Below are positions 27,417 to 37,336 of a stretch of 64,000 nucleotides of DNA, in pieces. The notes under the pieces are model-generated. The model searched no databases. It was not told the DNA's origin and saw only the letters and a program-made list of their open reading frames with translations. Each line of letters begins with the position of its first letter. Positions within the stretch are counted from its first letter, which is position 1. Source of the DNA: Thermoleophilia bacterium (GTDB taxonomy: Bacteria > Actinomycetota > Thermoleophilia > Gaiellales > JAICJC01); assembly GCA_025934255.1 (NCBI GenBank), contig JAICYJ010000008.1, positions 12,209-76,208 on the forward strand, written 5' to 3'. A program made the translations under genes and the position numbers.

Positions 27417-28833
27417 TCGTCCACCGCGTCGAACCGCCGAAGCACGGTGGGACCGAGGGCGACCGAATCCACGCGGCCGTCGGCGCGCCGGTGAAACACG
27501 CAGGGCTCGCCCGCCTCCCGCACGTAGGGATCGACCACGAACGCATCCGGCTGCTCCGTCGCTGTCAGCGTCGGCCGCCAGCTCGCCATGGTCGGATCCA
27601 CGAACGTGAGCCGCCCGTCCCGCCACTCCAGCCGCACCAGCTGGCTGAAGTTGTCACCGCCGTAGTACCCGAGCAGGGCGCGATACCCCTCCGGCGTCGG
27701 CTGCGGCGGCGCGATCGCTGCCGGCAGCGCCGCAACAGCATCGCGGCCGATCGCGGCCAGCCGCATCGACAGCTCCCCCGCCGACGCCAGCGTGTTCACC
27801 AGCACGATCGCACCGATCCGGTGCTCGCGGTCAAAGCAGACGTTCGAGCTGAACCCGTGAATATCGCCGGAGTGCTGCACCCAGACGACGCCGTCGCGGC
27901 GGATCGCGTACCAGCTGATCCCCCATGCGAGCTCCCAGGCCGGGTCGCCGCTGAGATACCGGGACGGTGCATCTCGGCCAGGGTCGACTCCGCCAGCACC
28001 TGCGCCCCCGATCGCTCACCGCCGTCCTTCCGCACCTGGAAGGAGATCCAGCGCGCCAGGTCGGCGACGCATGAGATCAGCCCGCCCTCAGCCTCATTGT
28101 CCGGCGCCGCGACGGACTCGCTCAGCTCGTCGCTGAACTGCCGCACCGTGTAGCCGGTCGCCATTCGCGCACGCAGCGCATCGGGCAGCGGCGGGTAGCC
28201 CGAGCCGGACATGCCCAGCGGCTCGAGGATCTGCTCCCGGACGTACTCCGCGTAGGGCCGGCCGGAGGCGCGTGCGACGATCTCGCCCAGCAGCTGGTAC
28301 CCCATGTTCGAGTACTTCTGCTGCGTGTTGGGAGGAACCCGCACCCCGATTTCGGGGGCGCGCGCCAGGTTGGCCGTCACCGATCCCTGGTACGTGGGCA
28401 CTTCCCAGTTGGTGCCGGGCGCGTCGCCCATCAGGCCCGACTCGTGCGAGAGCAGCCGGCGGATGGTGACGTTCTCGATCGGGCTGACGCCCACTGCGGC
28501 GCTGAGCTCCGGGACGTGGGCAACTACGGGATCGTCGAGGTCGAGGCGGCCCTCGTCCCGCAGCTGCATGATCGCTGTGCCCGTGAACGTCTTGGTGACG
28601 GAGGCCACCCGGTAGAGGGTGGCGTCGTCGGCGGTGCGGCCGGCGGCGGCGTCGCAGAGCCCGATCCCAGCCGACCAGGCGAGGTCGTCGCCGTGCACGA
28701 CGGCGACCGACGCCCCCGGCAGCCGATGCTCCTTCACGAACGCCGTCGCGCACGCCTCGAGCGCCGTTGCCACATCTGCAATCGCTGCCGTGCCCGCGCC
28801 GGTATCACTCCGGGAACTCACGCGACTGACCAT
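27413..28833 (-). pseudogene. Serine hydrolase (class C beta-lactamase fold), frameshifted near 27961
   Basis: SVTK and YSN in ORF 27796-28833; HSG and C-terminus in ORF 27413-27880; one extra base restores MHRPRYLSGD. Confidence 0.8.
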
Positions 28834-28856
28834 AGCCGCTCAGGTACATTGGCCCC

Positions 28857-30101
28857 GTGAGCGACCGCCGCGTGATCGTGGCCGGAGCCGGCCTGGCAGG
28901 GCTGCGGGCAGCGCGTGACCTGGCCGACGCCGGCGTCGCCGTAACGGTGCTGGAGGCGCGCGACCGCGTCGGCGGGCGCGGCTACTCGGTCTCGCTGGGC
29001 GGCCGCACCGTCGAGCTGGGCGGCTCCTGGTTCACGCCGGAGCACGATCAGGTGGGGGCGGAGCTGGCGCGCTATGGCATGTCGTTCCGCGACTACCCGC
29101 CGGTGCGGTCGGCGCGCTGGCTGACCGCCGGCGAGCTGCGCCTGGGCGCGCCGGTGCCGTGGCACGAGCTGGCGGCGCTGGAGGCAGCGCTTGCCCGCGT
29201 CCGCGACGACGCCGAGCGCGTCGCCGCCGGCAATCAGACGCTGGCCGCCCTGTCGGCGGCCGACTACGTCGACCAGCTGCAACCAAGCGACGCGCTTCGC
29301 GACTTCCTGCTGGGATGGTGGCAGCTGATGGGTGGCGCCTCGCCACAGCACGGCGCCGCGAGCGATGCGCTCGACGCGATCCACCAGCACGGCGGCCTGA
29401 CCGGGCTGCTCACGTGCCTTGCACACGGGCCGCTGCCGGGTTGGAGCGCGCTGGCCGAGGCGATGGCACGTGACGTCGTCGACCTGCGCCTGGGGACGGC
29501 GGTGAAGACGGTCGAGCATGGCGACGCCGGCGTGGTCTGCACCACCGACGCAGGCGAGCTGATCGAGGCCGGCGCCCTGGTGCTGGCCGTACCGCTCAAC
29601 TGCCTGCCGGGGATCGGCTTCGAGCCGGCCCTGCCGCCACGCGTTGCCGAGGCCGCGGGCGCCAACGCCGGCCGGGCCGTGAAGGTGCTGATGCTGGTGC
29701 GCGGGGTGGATCCGCACGGCATCGCGGTCGGCATCGGCCCCGGCCTGAACTGGCTGTACGCGGACACCGCCGAGGATGGCTGCGTGCTGGTGACCGGCTT
29801 CGGCTGGCAGGACGACCGCTTCGACGCGGCGACGCGGGGGCACGTCGAGCGCGCACTCCGCGCCTTCCACCCCGATGCCGAGCTCGTGAACTGGGCGCAG
29901 CACGACTGGATCGCCGACCCGGCCTCGCGCGGCACCTGGCTCACGGCGCCGGCCGGGCGCATCGACCTCGTCTCTCCCGATCGGTTCGACCCGGTCGGCC
30001 GCATCGCATTCGCCGGATCCGACATGGCCCGGCAGCACGCGGGCTGGTTCGAGGGCGCCCTGGTCAGCGGTGCCGCCGCCGCGGCGCACGTGTTGCGCTA
30101 A
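28857..30101 (+). CDS. Flavin monoamine oxidase family protein
   Basis: GAGLAG, EARDRVGGR, ELGGSW, GWFEGALVSG. Confidence 0.9.
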   Translation: MSDRRVIVAGAGLAGLRAARDLADAGVAVTVLEARDRVGGRGYSVSLGGRTVELGGSWFTPEHDQVGAELARYGMSFRDYPPVRSARWLTAGELRLGAPVPWHELAALEAALARVRDDAERVAAGNQTLAALSAADYVDQLQPSDALRDFLLGWWQLMGGASPQHGAASDALDAIHQHGGLTGLLTCLAHGPLPGWSALAEAMARDVVDLRLGTAVKTVEHGDAGVVCTTDAGELIEAGALVLAVPLNCLPGIGFEPALPPRVAEAAGANAGRAVKVLMLVRGVDPHGIAVGIGPGLNWLYADTAEDGCVLVTGFGWQDDRFDAATRGHVERALRAFHPDAELVNWAQHDWIADPASRGTWLTAPAGRIDLVSPDRFDPVGRIAFAGSDMARQHAGWFEGALVSGAAAAAHVLR

Positions 30102-31120
30102 TCGCGAAGCAGCGGTGCCACCCGCTCGGCGAACACGCGCATGGCCTCGCGCTGCCGCTCGTACGGCATGCCCGGCCAGTAGAGCTGCGCCACGAAGTGA
30201 AGACCGCCGCCCGCCGCCTCGCCGTAGGCGCGGATGCCCTCGGCCACCTGCTCGGGCGTGCCCACCAGCGCATGGCGGCGGATCTCGGCCTCCGATTCAG
30301 GACTGAGCGGCGGCGGCGCCGGGGCGTCACCGGCGCGGCCGCGGGCCTCGTCCATGTCCTCGTACTTCCAGTTCAGGTAGTGGTGATGGTCGCGTACCAG
30401 CGGCCAGGCGTCCTCACCTTCCCACGCGAAGGTGGGCTGGTAGATGCTGAGCTCGAACGGCCGCTGCACGGCCGCCTCGGCCTGCCCCTCGCGCACCCAT
30501 CCCACCTGCTCGGCAAATTCCGCCGGCCCGGTGTCGCCGCTCATGTAGCCGTCGGCGATCCTGCCGGCACGCCGCACCGCCGGCTCGACGACCGCGCCGA
30601 TCCAGATCGGCGGCCCGCCCGGCCGGAACGGCTTGGGCCGCACGCTCACGCCCGGATAGCGGCGCCGCTTCGTCCCGGTCACGAGCCCATCGCCCCAGGA
30701 CTGGCGCAGGATCGAGACCGCGTCGATCAGCCGCGTGCGGCGCTCCGAGATGGGGATCCCGAGCCCCTCGAACTCCTCCGCCCGCCAGCCCATGCCCAGA
30801 CCCAGCAGCAGCCGGCCGTGAGACAGCAGGTCGACGGTGGCCGCGTCCTCGGCCAGCCGCACCGGGTCGTGCAGCGGCGCCAGCAGCAGGCCGGTGCCGA
30901 TCTCGATCTGCTCGGTGCGGGCGGCGACGGCCGCAGCCACCGCCAGCAGCGACGGCATGTAGCCGTCATCCACGAAGTGGTGCTCGGTCAGCCACACCGA
31001 GTCGAAGCCCAATCGCTCTGCCTCGACCGCCAGTTCGAGCGCCTCGCGGTAGAGGTCGGCGTCGCTGCGCTCGTCGCCCGGTGGCCGCTGGCAGGTGATC
31101 AGTCCGTATCCGAGCTTCAC
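30098..31120 (-). CDS. LLM class flavin-dependent oxidoreductase
   Basis: GFDSVWLTEHHF, LAEDAATVDLLS.GR, PPIWIG. Confidence 0.92.
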   Translation of the reverse strand: MKLGYGLITCQRPPGDERSDADLYREALELAVEAERLGFDSVWLTEHHFVDDGYMPSLLAVAAAVAARTEQIEIGTGLLLAPLHDPVRLAEDAATVDLLSHGRLLLGLGMGWRAEEFEGLGIPISERRTRLIDAVSILRQSWGDGLVTGTKRRRYPGVSVRPKPFRPGGPPIWIGAVVEPAVRRAGRIADGYMSGDTGPAEFAEQVGWVREGQAEAAVQRPFELSIYQPTFAWEGEDAWPLVRDHHHYLNWKYEDMDEARGRAGDAPAPPPLSPESEAEIRRHALVGTPEQVAEGIRAYGEAAGGGLHFVAQLYWPGMPYERQREAMRVFAERVAPLLRD

Positions 31121-31167
31121 GGCGCGATGCTACCAACCGAGGCGCCGCCGTTGCCTATGCTCCGCTC

Positions 31168-32025
31168 ATGACGCTGTACCGCCTGGCGGACGATCCCCCG
31201 ACGCTCGTCGATCCGGTCATGATCGCGTGCTTCGACGGGTGGGTGGACGCGGCGGAGGCGGCGTCCAGCGCCGTGGCCCACGTCGCGGCAGACGCCGAGC
31301 CGATGGTCACGTTCGACCCGGACGCGATCTTCGACTACCGCTCACGCCGCCCCGTTCTGGACGTCCAGGACGGCCGGCTGTCGGATCTGCGCTGGCCGGA
31401 GCTGGCGATCCGGCATGTGCCGGTGGACGGCCGCGACCTGCTGATCTTCTCCGGCGCCGAGCCCGACCTGCGCTGGCAGGAGCTGGCGTCCGACGTGGCG
31501 GCGCTGGTCGCCTCGCTGGGCGTGGCACTGTGGGTCAGCCTCGGCGCCGTGCCGGGGGCGGTCGCGCACACCATGCCGGTGCCTGTGATGGCAACGGCGT
31601 CGCAGGATGGCCTGCTCGGCCCGCGCACGCCGCCCGGCCCGGAGGGACTGCTACGGGTGCCGTCGGCGGCGCTGTCGGCGATGGAGATGGCGGTCAGCGG
31701 ATCCGGCATCCCCGCCATCGGATTCTTCGCGCAGGTGCCGCCCTACGCCAGCATCGGCTACACCGCCGCCAGCATCGCGCTGCTGGAGCGGCTCGGCCGC
31801 CACCTCGAGGTCGACCTGCAGATGGACGACCTGCACGACGAGGAGCATGAGCAGCGGGCCCGCTACGACGCGGCCGTGGCCAGCGACGCCATGCTGCGCC
31901 AGACCGTCGAGCAGCTGGAGTCGGTGGCCGGCGACATGGAGGAGCACCACCTGCCGTCCGGCGACGAGCTGGCCCGCGAGATCGAGCGGTTCCTGCGGCA
32001 CAACGAGCCCGATGGGGAGGCCTGA
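31168..32025 (+). CDS. PAC2 (proteasome assembly chaperone) family protein
   Basis: GWVDAA, DYRSRRP, EPDLRW, QVP.Y, ELAREIERFL. Confidence 0.88.
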   Translation: MTLYRLADDPPTLVDPVMIACFDGWVDAAEAASSAVAHVAADAEPMVTFDPDAIFDYRSRRPVLDVQDGRLSDLRWPELAIRHVPVDGRDLLIFSGAEPDLRWQELASDVAALVASLGVALWVSLGAVPGAVAHTMPVPVMATASQDGLLGPRTPPGPEGLLRVPSAALSAMEMAVSGSGIPAIGFFAQVPPYASIGYTAASIALLERLGRHLEVDLQMDDLHDEEHEQRARYDAAVASDAMLRQTVEQLESVAGDMEEHHLPSGDELAREIERFLRHNEPDGEA

Positions 32026-32646
32026 ATGCTCGATCTGACGCCGGAACAGCTGCTGACGACCACCCGCGCGGTGCGACGCCGTCTGGACGTCGACCGGCCC
32101 GTCGACCGCGAGACGATCCGGCACTGCCTCTCGATCGCCACGCAGGCGCCCACCTCGGTCAACCTCCAGAACTGGCACTTCGTCGTCGTCACCGACGCGA
32201 CCGTGCGCGCGGGTGTCGCCGAGTGGTACCGCAGAGCTTGGCAGGACTACTCGAGCACACCGCTCGACGAGGACCCGCCCGGCGAGGCCTCCGGAGCCGC
32301 CTCCTCTCGCCACCTGGCCCGGATCATGCCCCACGTCCCGGTGCTGCTGATCCCGTGCATCGAGGGCCGGCCCGAGGGGCAGGCGTCGGGCGAGCTGGCC
32401 GCCCTCTACGGATCGGTCGTGCAGGCCTCGTGGAGCTTCCAGCTGGCTGCCCGTGCGCACGGCCTGGGCTCGGTGTTCACGACGTACCACCTGGACTACG
32501 AGCGCGAGGTGGCAAAGCTGCTGGGCATCCCCTACGACGCCGTCACCCAGGTGGCGCTGTTGCCGGTGGCCCACACCACCGGCGGAGACTTCCGGCCGGC
32601 GCGAAGACGGCCGCTGGACGACGTCGTGCACTGGGACGGCTGGTAG
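32026..32646 (+). CDS. Nitroreductase family protein
   Basis: TTRAVRRRLD, QAPT..N.Q.WHF, LAARA.GLGS. Confidence 0.9.
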   Translation: MLDLTPEQLLTTTRAVRRRLDVDRPVDRETIRHCLSIATQAPTSVNLQNWHFVVVTDATVRAGVAEWYRRAWQDYSSTPLDEDPPGEASGAASSRHLARIMPHVPVLLIPCIEGRPEGQASGELAALYGSVVQASWSFQLAARAHGLGSVFTTYHLDYEREVAKLLGIPYDAVTQVALLPVAHTTGGDFRPARRRPLDDVVHWDGW

Positions 32647-32705
32647 CACCGCGTTCGATAACGCCTCGGGTTCAGGGATCTCGGGCGTCTGCCGATAACC
32701 GGGCA

Positions 32706-33434
32706 GTGGCTAGGCTGACGATGACGCAGGCTGTGGAGCGGCTGAGCACCGCGGCCGTGACGATGACCGACGCGCTGGGCAACGCGCTCGAGCTGTCCCC
32801 CGTGGAGAGCTCCGGCACGCGCCTGGTCGCGACGGGCGACCGGATGCGGATCGGTGAGCGGGGCCTGCTGACGGCGCGCGTGCACGGCGACGATCTACGC
32901 CCGTGGGTGGTGGGCTTCGAGGTCGAGTCAGCCGCGTACCACTCCGACGAACTCGCGCTGGTGACCCTGCGCGCGCGCTCGATCCGGCTGGATCCTCAAC
33001 AGCGTCAGGCGGATCGCACGGCGATGGGCGGCCACGCACGGCTGATCGCCTACAGCTGCCAGAACGTGGTGGACGGAGACGTGGTCGAAGGCTCCATCGT
33101 TGACGTGTCCGACAACGGCGTCGCGTTCATGACGCGACGGCTGCTGCGGCCGGGTGACCGGCTCAGCTTCGCCGGCCGCTTCTTCGCGACGGTGGTCGAG
33201 GCCGAGGTGCGCGTGGCGCGCATCGCGGAGGTCGCCGGACAGCTCCAGGTCGGCTGCACCTTCATCGCGATCGAGCCTGCCGAGCGCGCGAAGCTTCGCG
33301 CCGTGACCGCGGTGCGGCGGCCGGGCGAGGCGGCGTCGTTCAACATGCTGCAGCAGCTGAACGCCGAGCGGGCCGCGCGCGAACCGGACGAGAGCGGATC
33401 GCGCTGGCGCCGGCTGTTCCGCCGCAGCGCCTAG
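32706..33434 (+). CDS. PilZ domain protein
   Basis: RQADR (RxxxR) and DVSDNG (DxSxxG); start uncertain. Confidence 0.75.
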   Translation: MARLTMTQAVERLSTAAVTMTDALGNALELSPVESSGTRLVATGDRMRIGERGLLTARVHGDDLRPWVVGFEVESAAYHSDELALVTLRARSIRLDPQQRQADRTAMGGHARLIAYSCQNVVDGDVVEGSIVDVSDNGVAFMTRRLLRPGDRLSFAGRFFATVVEAEVRVARIAEVAGQLQVGCTFIAIEPAERAKLRAVTAVRRPGEAASFNMLQQLNAERAAREPDESGSRWRRLFRRSA

Positions 33435-33439
33435 CTCAC

Positions 33440-33598
33440 CTAGAGACCACGGCCGAGCGCCATCTGGATGGCCAGGTGCCAGCCGGCCAGGGCGCAGACG
33501 ATCAGCGCGATCGCGATGATGGTGGGTGAAGCCGCGCGGATCCGCTCGGTGAGCTGATCGGGTGCGGCGTGGACGCTGGTATGTGATGTGGTTGTCAT
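33440..33598 (-). CDS. 52-aa single-TM small protein (not in ORF track)
   Basis: MTTTSHTSVHAAPDQLTERIRAASPTIIAIALIVCALAGWHLAIQMALGRGL; fills an intergenic gap. Confidence 0.55.
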   Translation of the reverse strand: MTTTSHTSVHAAPDQLTERIRAASPTIIAIALIVCALAGWHLAIQMALGRGL

Positions 33599-33680
33599 GC
33601 GCCCAACCTATGGGCGGGGCGCAGCACCGGCATCGGGCGAATCCCTATGCCTGCGCGGCCACATGTGCCACCCTACGGAC

Positions 33681-34148
33681 ATGGCATCGCTCAACCGGCA
33701 CCTGCTGCGCGCGCGCGACCTGATGGATGCGCGCTACGCCGACCCGCTCGACGTGCCCACTCTGGCTCGCGCCGCCCACGTGTCGCCGGCCCACTTCTCC
33801 CGGCGGTTCAAGACTGCGTTCGGTGAGACGCCGCATCAGTACCTGCTGACGCGGCGGCTGGAACGGGCCGCCTCGCTGCTGCGCGGCACCGACTACTCGG
33901 TGGCAAGGATCTGCATGGAGGTCGGCCTCGCCAGCGTCGGCTCGTTCACCTCCAGCTTCAAGCGCGTGTACGGGTCCACCCCCACCGCCTACCGCGACAG
34001 CTTCCCGCCGGCCGCGCAGATGGCCCACATCCCGACCTGCATCCTGATGGCGGCCAGCCGGCCTGCCGGCGGCCGCATGCGCGCGCCCGTACCGCTGCCC
34101 GCGATGGAGAGCAGCTTTGAAGAAGACGTGGCGCGCGTCGCGACATAG
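33681..34148 (+). CDS. AraC family (HTH-only) regulator
   Basis: HLLRARDLMD..YA.PLDV, FGETPHQYL, GSFTSSF. Confidence 0.92.
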   Translation: MASLNRHLLRARDLMDARYADPLDVPTLARAAHVSPAHFSRRFKTAFGETPHQYLLTRRLERAASLLRGTDYSVARICMEVGLASVGSFTSSFKRVYGSTPTAYRDSFPPAAQMAHIPTCILMAASRPAGGRMRAPVPLPAMESSFEEDVARVAT

Positions 34149-34182
34149 CCTGCGGCGAGCAACCATCCCACAGGAGGACACC

Positions 34183-34605
34183 ATGAAGACCACCATCTCC
34201 CACGTCAACGTCTGGGTGCGTGACCAGGACGAGGCGCTCGACTTCTACACCGGCAAGCTCGGGTTTGAGGTGCGCGAAGACGTCACCGTCCCCGAGTTCA
34301 ACAACTTCCGGTGGCTGACGGTGGGGCCGCCCAGCCAGCCCGACCTGCAGCTGATCCTGTGCAGGACCGATGCCATGCCGGCATCGCCGGAGCTGGCCGC
34401 GAAGCTCGCCGATGTGGTCGCACAGGGCGCCGGCGGCGGAGTCGTGCTCGCCGTCGAGGACTGCCGTGCCACGGTCGCCGAGCTCAAGTCCCGCGGCGTC
34501 GAGATCACGCAGGAGCCGGTCGATCAGTTCTACGGCGTCGACGCCGGGTTCCGCGACCCGTCCGGGAACCAGCACCGCATCACGCAGCGCACGGACGGCG
34601 GCTGA
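34183..34605 (+). CDS. VOC family protein
   Basis: RBS aggagga; V.DQDEALDFY, FRDPSGN. Confidence 0.92.
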   Translation: MKTTISHVNVWVRDQDEALDFYTGKLGFEVREDVTVPEFNNFRWLTVGPPSQPDLQLILCRTDAMPASPELAAKLADVVAQGAGGGVVLAVEDCRATVAELKSRGVEITQEPVDQFYGVDAGFRDPSGNQHRITQRTDGG

Positions 34606-34614
34606 GAAACTCAC

Positions 34615-34650
34615 GGGTGGACGGCCGCGGGCTTCCGCGGCCGTCTACCC
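34615..34650 (+). terminator. 16-bp-stem hairpin terminator
   Basis: gggtggacggccgcgg-gctt-ccgcggccgtctaccc. Confidence 0.7.
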
Positions 34651-34679
34651 AAGCCGGCCGGGCGACGGTACGCTGAACC

Positions 34680-36563
34680 ATGGATCCGATCCACCAGGAC
34701 GGCGGCCGGCTGATGATCGAGTCGGTCGCCGCATCCGACCTGGCCGCCCGCTTCGGCACCCCGCTCTACGTCACCTCCGAGGCGGCGCTGCGCGCGAACG
34801 TGCGCGCCTGGCGCACCGCGCTCGACGATGCCTGGCCGGACGGCCCCACCCGCGTGCTGGTCTCGCTCAAGGCCAACCCGACCATCGCGCTTCGCCGCAT
34901 CCTGGACGACGAGGGCGCCGGCTGCGACGTGTTCGGCACGTACGAGCTTGACATCGCCCTCGATGCCGGCACGCCGGCCGAGCTGATCTCCGTCAACGGT
35001 TCGACCAAGCCGGAGGCGCTGATCGTCCGGGCGATCTCGGCGGGCGCCCGTCTCACCGTGGACAGCGTCGAGGAGCTGGCCGCCGCCGCGACCGCGGCCA
35101 GGCGGCTGGGGCGGCGCGCGCACGTGCGGCTGCGGCTGCGGCCGGACCTGACCGACCTCGAGACCACCAGCGAGTTCACCGAGCGCGATCCGCTGGGAGC
35201 GGTGGCCGACGCCTACAAGCCGGGCATCCCGATCGACGGGCTGCGCGAGGCGCTGGGCCGGCTCGACCTCGACGGCGTCGACCTGGCCGGCGTCCATGCC
35301 CACCTGGGACGGCACACGTCGGCGGTCGAACCGTTCCGCCTGCACGCGCAGCGTCTGGGCGCGCTGGTCGGCGAGCTGGCGCGCGCCATGCCGGGCTGGA
35401 CGCCGCGCGAGATCGACCTCGGCGGCGGCTACTCCTATCCCGGTGACCCCACCGGCCGCGCGCTGCGTGCGGCGCCGGCGCACACCCCCAGCCCGGCCGA
35501 GTACGCCGCCGCGGTCGCGGGCGGCCTGGACGAGGGGCTGAGGGCGTCGGGCGTCGACCCCAGAGGCATCGCACTCGAGATCGAGCCCGGCCGGGCCGTG
35601 TACGGCAGCGCCGGGGTGCATCTGTCGACCGTGTTGAACGTCAAGCGCCAGGCCGCGCCGGTGCCGCGCGTGTGGGTCGGCTGCGACAGCTCCGAGGTGC
35701 TGCTGAGCGACACCGGCTGGGAGCACAGCCGCTGGGACCCGGTCTGCGCCGACCCGGTGACGGGGTCGGACCAGGAGGTGGACGTGGTCGGCGTCAGCTG
35801 CGGCTTCGACACGATCACGCCCGGCGCGCGGCTGCCGGACGGGATCGCCGCCGGCGACGTGATCGCCTTCCTCGCCACCGGGGCCTACGAGGAGACGCTG
35901 GCGGGCAACTTCAACTCGATGCCGCGACCGGCGTCGCTGCTGGTCTCGGGCGACCGCGCCGAGCTGGTGCGTAGGGCCGAGCTGCTGTCCGATGTGACCC
36001 GGCGCGACCGCCTGCCGCTGCGGCTGCGCGATGACGCGCCCCGCGTGGTGGGCGTCGACCACGTCTCGCTCACGGTCGACGATCTCGACCGCTCGGTCGG
36101 GTTCTACTGCGGGCTGCTGGGCCTCACCCTGCACGAGCGGGGGCGGCTCGAGCCGGAGCTGATCGAGCAGATGACCGGGATGCCGGACGCCGAGGTGGAC
36201 TACGCCGACGTCGACCTGGGGTCACGGATCCTGGAGCTGCTCCACTACCGCACCGCCGCGCTGCGCCGGCCGATCGCGTCCCGCCAGGAGCGCCCGGGGT
36301 CGGTGCACATCGGACTGCGGGTGGACGACGCGGCGGCGGTGCACGGCCGCCTGGCCGCGGCCGGGTTCGCGCCGCTGTCGGCGCCGCGCACGCTTCCCGA
36401 CGACGGCAGCGGCTGGTCGGGCAGCATCGTCTTCTACGTGCGGGATCCGGACGGCGTGATGCTCGAGATCGTGGAGCGGGCGGAGACTGCGTCGCGGGCA
36501 GCCGGCACTCCGGTGCCCGTGCCCAGCACACTCGAGCCCTCTGGCTCCGACCGCGCTGACTAA
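34680..36563 (+). CDS. LysA-like (fold III PLP) decarboxylase fused to C-terminal VOC domain
   Basis: FGTPLYV, SLKAN, HAHLG, DLGGG, IEPGR, GAY..FN..PRP, then DHVSLTV.DLDRS...DPDG..LE. Confidence 0.85.
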   Translation: MDPIHQDGGRLMIESVAASDLAARFGTPLYVTSEAALRANVRAWRTALDDAWPDGPTRVLVSLKANPTIALRRILDDEGAGCDVFGTYELDIALDAGTPAELISVNGSTKPEALIVRAISAGARLTVDSVEELAAAATAARRLGRRAHVRLRLRPDLTDLETTSEFTERDPLGAVADAYKPGIPIDGLREALGRLDLDGVDLAGVHAHLGRHTSAVEPFRLHAQRLGALVGELARAMPGWTPREIDLGGGYSYPGDPTGRALRAAPAHTPSPAEYAAAVAGGLDEGLRASGVDPRGIALEIEPGRAVYGSAGVHLSTVLNVKRQAAPVPRVWVGCDSSEVLLSDTGWEHSRWDPVCADPVTGSDQEVDVVGVSCGFDTITPGARLPDGIAAGDVIAFLATGAYEETLAGNFNSMPRPASLLVSGDRAELVRRAELLSDVTRRDRLPLRLRDDAPRVVGVDHVSLTVDDLDRSVGFYCGLLGLTLHERGRLEPELIEQMTGMPDAEVDYADVDLGSRILELLHYRTAALRRPIASRQERPGSVHIGLRVDDAAAVHGRLAAAGFAPLSAPRTLPDDGSGWSGSIVFYVRDPDGVMLEIVERAETASRAAGTPVPVPSTLEPSGSDRAD

Positions 36564-36597
36564 GCGTCGCCTACCTGGAAGGCGCCGCCGTCAACCC

Positions 36598-37026
36598 TCA
36601 CCGACGCTGCTCGAACGTGGATGGTTGGCCGGCCGCCGGCTTGGGCTCGCGTCCCAGTTCGCACCAGACGCGAACCGCGCCGTCGACACTGCTGCCCCAC
36701 CGATCCGCGAGCGCGTCAACGATGATCAGCCCGTATCCTGAGCTTCGCAGTTCCCCGCGAGCCTGCATGGTCGGGCGGCTGGGTGCAGGGGGACTTGTGA
36801 CCTCGATGCGCAGGAAGCTCGGATGGAGCTCGGCCGAGAGCCGGATGTGCGCGCCGGCCCTGGCGTTGCCGTGTCGTACGCCGTTGGTGACCAGCTCGCT
36901 CGTGATCAGCTGCGCCCTGTCCAGCAGATCGGGTGGCAAAGCGCCGAGGCGTGCAATGGCCTCACGCGCGATCTGTGGAGAGCTCGGCTCGGCGGGCAGT
37001 TCCAGCTCGACGTGACCGTCAAGCAT
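36598..37026 (-). CDS. Anti-sigma factor / RsbW-like HATPase
   Basis: SELVTNGVRH, GYGL.IV..LADRWG. Confidence 0.85.
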   Translation of the reverse strand: MLDGHVELELPAEPSSPQIAREAIARLGALPPDLLDRAQLITSELVTNGVRHGNARAGAHIRLSAELHPSFLRIEVTSPPAPSRPTMQARGELRSSGYGLIIVDALADRWGSSVDGAVRVWCELGREPKPAAGQPSTFEQRR

Positions 37027-37336
37027 CGCGATCCTCGATATGTACGTGCGACGCGATGCCGGTTATCTCCATCAGCCGGCGCGCCTGCACATTGGGGACG
37101 ACGCTGAGCGTGAAGCCGATCTCGGTCGCCTGCCGTGCCGTCTGGGCGATGACGGCCAGACCGCTCGAGTCGATGAAGTCGACCTGACGCAGGTCGATGA
37201 CCAGCTCCGCCGCCTCTGCTCTCGCTTCGGCCAGTTCATTCAGAGCCTGGTCGATGGTGGAGATGTCCAGCGTGCCCGTGAAGACCACGGTGGTGCGGCC
37301 GGCGGACGTGCTCGTGGCGGTCCGAAGCTGGCTCAT
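37019..37336 (-). CDS. STAS anti-anti-sigma factor
   Basis: DLRQVDFIDSSGL. Confidence 0.9.
   Translation of the reverse strand: MSQLRTATSTSAGRTTVVFTGTLDISTIDQALNELAEARAEAAELVIDLRQVDFIDSSGLAVIAQTARQATEIGFTLSVVPNVQARRLMEITGIASHVHIEDRDA

Noticed and set aside
24909-27626. Long antisense or alternate-frame ORFs (also 2297-4102, 40041-41912, 48840-50621 and others)
   Set aside because: Shadow ORFs of high-GC genes with no motifs, overlapping well-supported CDS
27796-27963. Programmed frameshift or stop-codon recoding
   Set aside because: No slippery heptamer, SECIS-like context or in-frame stop readthrough; a simple indel explains it
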